NCBI RefSeq assembly: GCF_038025025.1
Contig: NW_027117345.1
Location: 682,001 to 746,000, forward strand
Length of the DNA: 64,000 nt
Direction: 5' to 3'
Origin: Phyllosticta citribraziliensis
Taxonomy: Eukaryota
Shown: positions 10,887 to 20,869 of the stretch, piece after piece
How positions within the stretch are numbered: the stretch's first letter is position 1
How the letters are laid out: each line of letters starts with the position of its first letter
Position numbers and translations under genes: made by a program
Notes under the pieces: generated by a model
Databases searched by the model: none
Told to the model about the DNA's origin: nothing
The model's input: only the letters and a program-made list of their open reading frames with translations

Positions 10887-12920
10887 TCAGCACGCGTACC
10901 CGTCTCCCTCCATTACTCCCCTTCCAGCTCCTGAGGCCTGGGCGCTCATCCTCTGGTACGCATCCTTTCCATCATCCGCCGCTCCCATTTGCTCTTCCCT
11001 TCGGGCCATTTTCTTGTCGCGACCGCGAGCGCGACGCCTGCGCCTGGGTTGGTAATAACCCAGTTGACTATCGCCCGGAGAGGTTCTACTAAAAGCGGAG
11101 TTAGTAAACTGTGTCAATAACTGCTGTCGGTACATCTGTTGGTAGTCAACTCCGGCATATGGCAGAAGAATGGGGCGGGGAAAGTAAGGGCGTTGGGTTG
11201 CGAGGATCTCGCCCACCAGCTGCCTGTTCCCCATCCATGCGTTGCTCATTGCCGGCTTAGGGCCGTGTTGCTGACTATCACCAAGCAGCTGGTAATCGTA
11301 GTAAGTAGGCTGCTGGCCGGGCGGGAATTGCGGTGGTTGTTGGCCTGGATACTGAAAATGGGGGGCATGGGGGTTGAAGCGCTGGTTTTCAGTCTGAACC
11401 AGGTGATTGTATTCCCCGTTTCCTCGACCACTTCCAACGCTCGTGGTAGGCCGAGCTTCCGTGATTGCCAGGGGAGGGCCAATGATACCGCGGCCTCGTC
11501 CGTTCCCGACATTTGGTTGAGCGCTTTCCGGGTTCCCGAAGCCTGTGGCAACATATGGAGGACAGTTGTTGCCGTTTGCTACCATTGCACGAACGTTTGA
11601 CGGAACAGGTCCAGACTGTCCGGGACTTGAGAGACCGCGGCCGCGTGGCGTGATGGGTACGAGAGGAACGACCGGAGTGATAGGGTTCCGAGTCCTTTCA
11701 ACGTTGGCTTGAGGACCTGGTGGGATAGTGCCGGAGCGAGGAGGGGTGATGGGTACGAGAGGAATGACCGGCCTGATAGGTCTCGGAGTCCTTTCGACAT
11801 TGATTTGAGGACCTTGCGCAGTAATCTCGCGTTCCCTAGATGGACGTTGACCAACGTCCGACACATTGGCTTGGTCATTCTCAGTCCTTTCGACGTTGGT
11901 TTGAGGGCCTGGTGGGATGGTGTCGGTGCGAGGAGGGGTGATGGGTACGAGAGGAATGACCGGCTTGATAGGTTTCCGAATCCTTACGATATTGTTTTCA
12001 GGACCTCGTGGGATAGTGTCGATGGGAGGAAGCTGACTACGGGGCATTTGCGTAGTCATCTCGTGTTCCCTAGATGGACGTTGACCAAATTCCGACACAT
12101 TGGATTGGTCATTCTCAGTCCCTTCGACCTTGATTTGACGGCCTGGTGGGGTATTGCCGGTGCGAGGAGGCTGCTCACGCGGCACTTGCGGCGTAATGAC
12201 GTGATGTCCAGATGGAGCTAGACAAATGTCCGGAACATGGTGTTTGTCCTTCTCAATCCACTCGACATTCATTTGAGGACCTGATGAGAATCCAAGACTG
12301 GGGCCGGGCCAAGCGGGCAGCCAAGGGGGCACTTGTGGAGGAAGCTCGTGTTCTCCAGGTGGACTTGGAGGAAGCTCGTGTCCCCTAGGTTGACTTGGAC
12401 CAACGTCCCAAGCATTGTCTTCGTCGTTCTCCCAGAGCTTCTGGATCGAGCGTCCACCGAAAGGGCCGGGGAGGATGGGACGGGGTTGCTCCTTTATTTC
12501 TCGGGCGAGTTCGGCTTTGCGTTGTTCTAATCGCTGGATATGCCGATGGTTGTGCCATGCGGGCTTGGCCTGTGATCCGACAAAGGGTTCCAGAAGTTGC
12601 GAGCCCTTGCAACATGGGAGCTCACACTTGTTGACTCGTTGTCCTCCTGCCTGGTTGCTGGAGAAGGGTTCGGCAGTGCTCTGGCTGAGCAGCAGTTCGA
12701 TGGAGCTGCAAGAGTGACGGCGCTTTCGGTCGAGGCCGACATGTTCACACCACCCGAAGGTCTCGCAGATAGGTTTGCGTATGTAGATGTTCGGTGCTCT
12801 TTGCAAGCTGGGCGGACAAGGAAGGATTCGGACGTCCTGCAGGCCAGGAAGGCTGTGAGGGTTCGGGTACATGGCTGGAACGATTGCTATACGGCGTGAC
12901 CTGTCTGGAAAGCTGCTCAA
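10887..12920 (-). CDS. Hypothetical Pro/Gln-rich protein with internal tandem repeats (start and possible introns uncertain)
   Basis: 677-codon open frame with repeated modules NVERTENDQ.NVS..GQRPSRE and PIxPVIPLVPITPPR..TIPPGPQ; no recognisable domain. The first codon of the track ORF is not ATG. Confidence 0.55.
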   Translation of the reverse strand: MSSFPDRSRRIAIVPAMYPNPHSLPGLQDVRILPCPPSLQRAPNIYIRKPICETFGWCEHVGLDRKRRHSCSSIELLLSQSTAEPFSSNQAGGQRVNKCELPCCKGSQLLEPFVGSQAKPAWHNHRHIQRLEQRKAELAREIKEQPRPILPGPFGGRSIQKLWENDEDNAWDVGPSQPRGHELPPSPPGEHELPPQVPPWLPAWPGPSLGFSSGPQMNVEWIEKDKHHVPDICLAPSGHHVITPQVPREQPPRTGNTPPGRQIKVEGTENDQSNVSEFGQRPSREHEMTTQMPRSQLPPIDTIPRGPENNIVRIRKPIKPVIPLVPITPPRTDTIPPGPQTNVERTENDQANVSDVGQRPSREREITAQGPQINVERTPRPIRPVIPLVPITPPRSGTIPPGPQANVERTRNPITPVVPLVPITPRGRGLSSPGQSGPVPSNVRAMVANGNNCPPYVATGFGNPESAQPNVGNGRGRGIIGPPLAITEARPTTSVGSGRGNGEYNHLVQTENQRFNPHAPHFQYPGQQPPQFPPGQQPTYYDYQLLGDSQQHGPKPAMSNAWMGNRQLVGEILATQRPYFPRPILLPYAGVDYQQMYRQQLLTQFTNSAFSRTSPGDSQLGYYQPRRRRRARGRDKKMARREEQMGAADDGKDAYQRMSAQASGAGRGVMEGDGYAC
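11640..12420 (-). repeat. Array of imperfect ~90-200 bp coding tandem repeats
   Basis: gaggaggggtgatgggtacgagaggaatgaccgg at ~11738 and ~11929 (partial copy ~11650); ttccctagatggacgttgacca...cattgg.ttggtcattctcagtcc at ~11832 and ~12066; degenerate copies at ~12210 and ~12380. Confidence 0.9.
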
Positions 12921-13924
12921 AAGCCACTACGGTGTTGGGAGCGGAGTGTCGTCTTTCGGAATAAGCTGATGGTGGGAGAGGGATGAAAGGCTTTGGCCGA
13001 CAAGTTCGTAAGAGATGGTGGCGATAAAGCTGCTGCCATGCGAGAGAAAGGGACAGCTAGGTTGTCGTCTTGTCGGATGCCGTGTGACGGGGAGTTTCTG
13101 CTGGGCATGTCCTCTTGGGTCGGCGCGGCGACCACATGGGAAGGAGTCGACGGCGTCCCTGTGTCCATAAGTTGGGTGCCAACTTTGCCCTTTAATCATG
13201 TCGAACTGGGAACAACTGCGCAGTACATGGGAAACATGTTCTTTTAGGTGCTTTCATGGACCAAGTATAGTATATGTAAAGGGGCCGTCTACTTCGTGAT
13301 AATGTGTGTTGTGAACGATAGGAGTCGACAAGGGTCGACAGGCTAGTTTCTTCATACACCGCAAAGTTAATAAAGTATTACTGACACAAGGCTTCTAAGC
13401 GTGGCCCTAGGAAGTAAGTACTCACCACTCTCAACCTTTCTAAATCCCTACTTTCTAGGAATTTTAGGCATATCGTCAATTACACTCCAATGCCACCTAG
13501 CTCTTTAATACCGGCGAGAAAGGAGATCATATTACTGATTTGTTGCTTTGTCTGACTTTTTTGAAAGACAGACACCTCTGCCGTGGAATCTTGCTCATTA
13601 TGCGCTTTTTATGCTGCTACACAAGGGCTGGAAAACAGTGCAGAATCAAGTCAGAACGCTGATGCTGTCGAGCTTCAACTCCAGAACACCAATGGTGTCC
13701 TCAACGCCAGAGTAGCCCAATGAAGTAGCCTAATGGAAAAACTTTTTATCCCAATGTCTTTGAATCTATATGCAGGTATCATGGGGAAAGGAGGGGTGAT
13801 CAAAGCCGGTCCGGTGTCTTGTGGTGCGCAAAATCTTTGGTGCGCAAATTTGTTGACTGTATCGTGTCTCGTGACAATCATTGGCGTTTAAGGTGTTGTG
13901 ATCACCAATCCTTTCGGTGGATGT

Positions 13925-15509
13925 TTAAACCTTGTAAAAGCAAAAGGCGTGGTAGAAGCCTGGGGACGCTGTCAGAAGGCGAATGGCCGTTTCTGGAAGG
14001 GTTGTACTCACTTGCTGCATCCATCTCTTCGGCGCTGATCAGCAAAGGGCCCCGATCCCGGCCTCGCACTCCCATGCGCTCACTAAGGGGACCCAGGACA
14101 GGATCGCCATTCTCCTCATCCCAAATCTCGTTGAAGGGCTTGCGGTACTGCAGCTCTAGGTTGTAGTCCTCTGCCAAGGCACGGAATGCCTCCCATGGCA
14201 CGACGTATTCCGGAACCTCCTCGACGGCCTCTTCCAGGAAATAGAAGTACTTCCAGCCAAACGGGGGCCTGAACACACCGTCCGGGGGTGTCTTGCCTGG
14301 AAACTTGACTCTGTAGATGCTGTTGCCCCACTCCACGCAGTCTTCTTCGATTTCCCCGTTTTCCTTCTCTTCCTTGTCTGCCTCTGCGGCTGTTTCCTCC
14401 TTCGGCGGGTCATCAAGACTTTTTTCTGGGTCCCAATCGTCGTCGTCATCTGCCGCCGCCGCAGCCGCCGCCGCCGCCTCTGCTGATGGTCCATTGGTAG
14501 TCTTTGACGCTCCTCCATGCTTCTTGTGCCATTCTTCAACCTTGGCAGAGAGTACATCCGAGTTTGGAATGACACCGATGAAGCGGCCGCCTTTCCTGAG
14601 AGCTCCGGCGACATTCCGAAGCATACCTCTTGCTTTGCGCTCGTTTTCAAAAGCGTAATGCATGCAGAACATCATCGAGACCACGTCAAACCCGCCTCCA
14701 CCCCAACGTTGGCTGATCCCGCCACCCTCAGGGCCGACGCTGGGGTCAATGCCAACATCTTGCACGATGGGAATATCACCAAGCCATTCTCCGAACCCAT
14801 CCTTGACGAAAAACTCGCCTTGAAACATGCGCTGTGGTCGGCCTCTGTTTGGACGTCTGGACATTTGGTTGTATCTGTCCCGGGCTTGATCGATCGAGAC
14901 ATCAGCGGGATCCACGCCGACGTAAAGGTCCACTCGCTTGGGTGCCGATTGCCATTTCTGCAAATCCCCACCCTTTCCGCAACCAACATCTAGGACGAGG
15001 AGATTCTGCCCATAGTTGTCTTCTCCCAAACTCGCATCTGGAGGCGAAAACTTCTGGATGATGCAGGACTTGACCCAGTTGTTGAAGCTTCTCAACCCTT
15101 TGATCTTGCTGTCGGTCTTGCGCCACTCGCGGCCACGCTCTGGCACGGCATTGTAATGTTGTCTGACGACGTCATGCACGCCTCTGGCAGCGGCGGCAGC
15201 CTGCTGTTGTTGCCTCAATTCGCGCTCGCGTTCTTCCTGGCGTCTTCGTGCGGCATCGCGTTCCGCTTGCGTGATTCGAGCGGCACCGCCCGGGCGTTTG
15301 AGCTGACGGGGAGGTGAGCGAGAGGGAGAACGCGGTTCTTCTTCTGGTTCAGGGTCCACTGGGTCTCTGGGCTCGGACGGAGGCGGCCTGCGATCTACTG
15401 GACGGCGAGTACGAGCTCCGGCTCCAGGTCGCTTGCGGGGCGGTGATCTTGACCGTGAGCGCGATCGGGCGCGTTTGCTGTTTGTTGCAGGGAACCTTTC
15501 TCTCGGCAT
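13925..15509 (-). CDS. ABD1: mRNA cap guanine-N7 methyltransferase; last intron 13960-14011
   Basis: IKGLRSFNNWVKS, VLDVGCGKGGDLQKW (SAM motif I), FDVVSMMFCMHYAFE and VPEYVVPW; the spliced end gives SFYHAFCFYKV*. Confidence 0.95.
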
Positions 15510-15780
15510 CTTGATGGTCTGATGAGTGGCGGGAATGAGCGACAGTAAGGTGTAGAAGAGGTCGGCGTTCCTTTGTCAAAACTCCAGAATGTAGCAGCCG
15601 AGAAGGCCTGTCTTGGTGGGTGACGAGCAGCGAAGTTTGTGGAGCGGCGGAAGTCGAGAGAGATTGGCGGAAGCAGTGGCGGATAGGGAGGTATATAAGG
15701 TAGGGTATTTTGTTTGAAAGAGGGTGACCTGGGGTCGGATGGTCCACCTACAAGTAATGTAAGGTAATGAAGGGTGACCA

Positions 15781-15786
15781 AGCTCC
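15781..15786 (-). promoter_or_regulatory. Possible Rpn4-type proteasome element (GGAGCT) in the divergent ABD1/RPN7 promoter
   Basis: agctcc ~220 bp upstream of the RPN7 ATG. GGAGCT is, from memory, the Neurospora-type Rpn4 site; a single 6-mer is weak evidence. Confidence 0.25.
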
Positions 15787-16002
15787 CGGATGGAGGTTGA
15801 GAAGTGAAAGGTGACGCCGGCCGGAGTAACGCCGCCACGGAGAGCTTGGACCCACGCCGACTCTCCGACCTACCTACGACCTAGCCCACGGCAGCTTCAG
15901 GTCATCGCCTCTTACAACACCAACACCTCATCCGCCCTCCTCTTCGCACTCACATCTTCCATCTGTCCATTTCACCTGGCCGACGCCTCCACTCCGGCCA
16001 CA

Positions 16003-17581
16003 ATGGGAGACGTTCAATACGCCAAGTACCCCAACCTGTCGCTCTCGCAGCACATCTTCCACATCACCAACCCGTCATCCTCCAAGACCACTCAAGAAGC
16101 ATCCCTCAAGACGCTCCAAGATGTAATCAAGGAGCACAAGATGGCGCCGCTCTACCGGCATTTGGCGCACCCGTCAGAGGGTATCCTCAATGCCCCCGGC
16201 GAAGGCACCGCACAGCAGCACGTTCGACCACGGCGAGCTTCCTCCAGCATAGGCACGCTGCTGGCCCCTACCAAGCAGCCGGCGCTTAATGTCACATTAC
16301 CATGGGATGAGAAGCTCTACGAAGAGCTGCGGTCGGACAACGAGAAGGAGTTGGAGGCGATTCAGAAGGAAGAGGATGAGGCCGTGGAGAAGGCCGGTGA
16401 GACGGAGATCCAAACGGCAAGAGGAAAGAGGGCCGAGTTCTGGACGCGTGTAGGAGACAAGGTCGGCATTCCTAAACTGTGGCTATGGTCTCGAAGCTAA
16501 TATGGACGCGTCTACAGGACAAGGCAATCGCGGCTTACGAAGACGTCTTTGAGAAGACTGGCATCCTCGGCACCAAGATCGACCTCGTGCTCGCCATTGT
16601 TCGCATAGGCCTCTTCTTTGGCGACAAGATCCTCGTGAAGAAGTCGGTGGAGCGCGCCACCGCTCTCGTCGAGAGCGGCGGTGACTGGGACCGCCGCAAC
16701 CGCCTCAAGGCATACTCTGGTCTCCACTTCCTAACCGTCCGCAACTACAATCAGGCTGCTCCGCTGCTGCTGGACAGCTTGTCGACGTTTACGAGCTATG
16801 AGCTCTGCAGCTACTCGGCGCTCGTCATTTACGCCGTCCTGGCTGGTTCGGTCTCGCTCAAGCGCGTCGACTTCAAGTCCAAGGTTGTGGATGCTCCGGA
16901 AATCAAGGCCATTCTCGGCGACGGAGAAGACAAACTCTCTGCGCTGACGGGCGCGCTTTCGTCGGGACCAGCTGCCGGCGACGAGGAAATGGGTGACGGA
17001 CAGGCAACATCGGCATCGGTCGCGGCGCCGGCACCAGTCAACCTCACGACGCTTGGGCAGACGGGACACGGCGCTGAGAGCGAGGCGCAGATCGACTTTG
17101 GTCCTTTGTCCAACCTGGTCAACAGTCTATACCAGGGCAACTACAGCAGCTTCTTTGTGGCTCTGGCGGCGGTTGAGGAGAAGTTTCTCAGCACCGACCG
17201 GTACCTGTACGAGCACCGGCGTTGGTACGTGCGGGAGATGCGTCTGCGGGGCTACCAGCAGCTCTTGCAGAGCTACAGGGTTGTGGGTCTGCAAAGCATG
17301 GCCAATGACTTTGGCGTGTCGGTCGACTTTCTCGATAGGTAAGCGCAACAGTCGAGTGGTATGAGGTGGTGCTAATCAGGCGCGACAGGGACCTGGCCAA
17401 GTTCATTGCGGCGGACAGAGTACCGTGCACGGTAGACCGAGTGCGCGGCATCATTGAGACCAACAGACCCGACGACAAGAACAAGCAGTACAATGACGTG
17501 GTCAAGCAGGGCGACCAGCTTATCACGAAGCTGCAAAAGTACGGACAGGCCGTCAGGCTGAGGGGCAGCGAACGGGGCTGA
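16003..17581 (+). CDS. RPN7: 26S proteasome lid subunit Rpn7; introns 16462-16517, 17339-17388
   Basis: GGDWDRRNRLKAY, LLLDSLSTFTSYE, YVREMRLRGYQQLLQSY and IIETNRPDDKNKQY; PCI-domain C-terminus. Confidence 0.96.
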
Positions 17582-17885
17582 GGGCGGCCGCGATCAAGAC
17601 GATCCAGGACGGAGAGGGTAGGAGCAGAAGAGCCAACAGCATGTAGAATAATGGCTATCGCATGCATGCATGCAAGCAAGCAAGTGAGCAATGGCATGGT
17701 GTTTTGTCCAATCTACTCTACCAACGGTGCGGGACCCGTTAGCGGAGCGGGACCGGAGGGAGCGCGGGGATGAGCGTGCGTGCCCCAGTCTCAGAAATAG
17801 TTGCGCGAGCCGCCGGCGGGCGACGCTTGGAATTGATTTTTTTTAACCCACGTCTCCCCTCCACCCTTCCCGTCGCCCTCTCAGC

Positions 17886-17940
17886 TCGTCGTCGTCGTCG
17901 TCCTCGTCGTCATCCTCGTCCTCGCCGTCGTCGTTGTCGT
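17886..17940 (+). repeat. Imperfect (GTC)n microsatellite upstream of the aminotransferase
   Basis: tcgtcgtcgtcgtcgtcctcgtcgtcatcctcgtcctcgccgtcgtcgttgtcgt. Confidence 0.85.
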
Positions 17941-18076
17941 CATTGTCTTTCGCTTCTTCTGTCTTCTTCCCAGGGTCCTCTGTTGCGAGATACGCGAGAG
18001 CCGTCCTATTCCGATCAGATCATTACCATCACACGTTACGGACGCGGCCGACATATAGACGTATTCGATTGCCACA

Positions 18077-19955
18077 ATGAGCGGAATTGGCGGATTGGGA
18101 GCGCGCCGCATGGCCTCAGCCTCGTCGGCGCAGCTGACGGCGGGCGCTCGTTTTTGCCTGTCACGCTCCGCAGTCACCACCACAGTCGGCAGTACGTCCC
18201 ACACCCGACCCCACGTACCACTCAGGTCGACAGGGGTCCTTGCCTTCGACCATGACATTCGCTCCTGCTCTGAGCCGCTGCTGAGCCCGAGTCGTGCTTC
18301 GTTCGTGCTTCGTGCTTCGTGCTTCTTTTTAACCACCTCCACAGCTGCCTCGCTTCTCTCCTCCCCGTCCTTCTCGCGCCGTACCATGTCCTCCACTCCG
18401 ACCATGAAGTCCCTCAACATCGACAACATCAACCCCCACATTCGCGCCGCAAAGTATGCCGTGCGCGGCGAGCTGGCTGTCAAGAGCGAGGAGTACAGAG
18501 CCCAGCTGGAGCGCGGCGAAAGGGGCAACCTGCCCTTTGACACCGTCATTGCCGCCAACATCGGCAACCCCCAGCAGCTCGACCAGGAGCCCATTACTTT
18601 CTTCAGGCAGGTCGCCAGTATCTTGGAGAACCCCAAGCTGCTCGAGCACAAGGACGTCCTCGTGAATGCCCTGGGATACAAGGAAGACGTCATCGCAAGG
18701 GCTGAGAAGCTGCTCAAGGCTGTTGGCAGTGTTGGTGCTTACAGTCAGAGCCAAGGTGCTCCGGCTATCCGGGACGAAGTGGCCAAGTTCATCGAGAGTA
18801 AGACTTCTCCTGGTACTTCCATGGCCCCCATCAAGTCCTAATCGAGTGCAGGGCGAGACGGCTACTCGGCGGATCCCAAGAACATCTTCCTTAGTAATGG
18901 TGCCTCCGCTGGTGTCAATGCTCTCCTGAACATCATTTGCGCAAGTCCCAACACCGGCGTCCTGATTCCCATCCCTCAGTACCCGCTCTACACCGCTACC
19001 CTCGCCGTTCTGAATGCCACCGCCGTGCCCTACTACCTCGATGAGGCTCAGGGCTGGGGCACCAGCTTCGCCGACATCAAGGCGTCGTACGAGAAAGCTA
19101 TCTCCAATGGCACAGACGTTCGCGCCATTGTTGTCATCAACCCCGGAAACCCTACCGGTGCCACTCTCTCCGCTGCCGACATTCGCAGTGTGATCGAGTT
19201 TGCCGCAGAGAAGAAGCTCATCATCATGGCCGACGAGGTGTACCAAACAAACGTTTTCACTGGTCAATTCATCTCGTTTAAGAAGGGTCTGCGTGATCTG
19301 CAAAAGGAGCAGCCCGGCAAGTTTGACCAAGTGGAGCTGGCGTCGTTGCACTCCGTCTCCAAGGGCATGGTCGGCGAGTGTGGACACCGCGGTGGCTACT
19401 ACGAGATGGTGGGCATCGACGAAAAGGTCCAGGCCGAGGTTTACAAATACGTGAGCATTCAGCTCTGCCCGCCCGTCATCGGTCAGTGCATCGTGGAAAT
19501 GATGGTCAACCCGCCCAAGGAGAGCGAGCCCAGTTACCCCTTGTACAAGCAAGAGTACGACGGCATCTTCAAGTCTCTGCACCAGCGTGCCACTGCGCTG
19601 TACCAGGCTTTTACCAAGATGGAGGGTGTAGAGTGTGGTGAGCCTGCGGTGAGTACTCCAAACCCTACATCAGTCTTGACTCACGCTAACGGCCAACCAG
19701 GGCTCCATGTACCTCTTCCCGACCATCAAGCTTCCCGCCAAGGCCATTGAGCAAGCCAAGAAGGAAGGTCGCCAGCCTGATGAGTTCTACGCCCTGCGCA
19801 TGCTCGACGCCACGGGTATCTGTACAGTCCCCGGCTCCGGCTTCGGTCAGAAGGAGGGCACGTACCACTTCCGCACCACCTTCCTGGCACCCGGCACCGA
19901 GTGGGTCGGCCGCATCGTCGACTTCCACAAGAAGTTCATGGACGAGTTCAGGTAG
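18077..19955 (+). CDS. ALT1: Alanine aminotransferase (class I PLP) with putative mitochondrial presequence; introns 18192-18344, 18798-18851, 19649-19700
   Basis: AKYAVRGE, ANIGNPQQL, VVINPGNPTG, MADEVYQ, SLHSVSKG (PLP lysine), GECGHRGGY and VPGSGFGQKEGTYHFRTT; all introns in phase. Confidence 0.93.
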
Positions 19956-20434
19956 GTCTTTGCCGATAGAACTCGAGCGAAAATGTTCCGGGCCACAGTG
20001 CAAATCTAAAGCCTATGAGAAGCGCGTCAGCATCTCAAAATAGACGAGGAAGAGTCAAGAGGAGGGAGAGAGAAGGACAAAAGGATTTCTGGAGTTCGGC
20101 ATGAGTTGTCCCGAGCATCCTGGAGCTTTCACATTTTTTCATTGGTTCGGAGAATACCCGCTCTTGGCCGCGGTCGACTTTGACTGCCCATGGCGAGAGC
20201 ACAAGGTTCTGACTTTACTGTTGATGGCCATCTGTTGACGACTCGTGGAGTTTGCTGTCATGCTTGCATTGAAAAGCACATTCAGATCTTGCCTTTGTAG
20301 CATCCTGTAGCATCCATGCCGGTTGGCCTTGTCCTACGCTTGTTCATACCAGGACAGCAGGAAGAAAACGCCTGTCATCGACATCTTCAAGAAACTCATC
20401 TCAGACTTACCAAAGACTATCCGTAGCTCATTCG

Positions 20435-20466
20435 GTGACCATTTCTTGAAGTGACCATTTCTTGAA
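20435..20466 (+). repeat. Perfect 16-bp tandem duplication (gtgaccatttcttgaa x2) in convergent intergenic region
   Basis: Read directly at 20435-20450 and 20451-20466. Confidence 0.9.
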
Positions 20467-20869
20467 GCATGACTGGTGAGACTTTCTCCTTGGGTTCTAA
20501 GGCATGCCCATCCTCAAATCGCAATTCACTTTGCACCAGCTCCCACGCACTTTGTGCACATTCTGAGACCATGTATTGCGCCTGGGCAGCTACATTTCTC
20601 TTCCTCTATAAAGTCTAGTATCAAACAAGAAGCCAACAGGTCAGTGGGACCATATCCTCCCCAATCCTGAGCGAATACCACATGTTGTGCACTATGATGC
20701 CCCCCAAGTCCGAATACCCAAAGTGGAGAAGAAGTCGCCCAAGTCGTCCTGTACTCGTCACGCTTCGCCGCCGGAGCTAAGCGGAGAGCATGGAGAGTTA
20801 CGAATCGCATGGTCGTCCGTATCTTACATCATAACAACACCTGACCAAAGAATGGTTCGAAGAAAAGAG

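Noticed and set aside
11640..12420. Repeat array as CRISPR-like locus
   Set aside because: Units are long, degenerate, irregularly spaced and keep one reading frame; eukaryotic context with no cas genes.
13250..13560. Mildly AT/TA-rich intergenic patch as a RIPed TE relic
   Set aside because: Still contains many CpA/TpG and shows no TE motif or terminal repeats.
18329..19582. 417-aa antisense ORF over the aminotransferase, and many similar overlapping ORFs elsewhere
   Set aside because: Shadow ORFs from GC-rich codon bias of the real gene on the other strand; no independent motifs.
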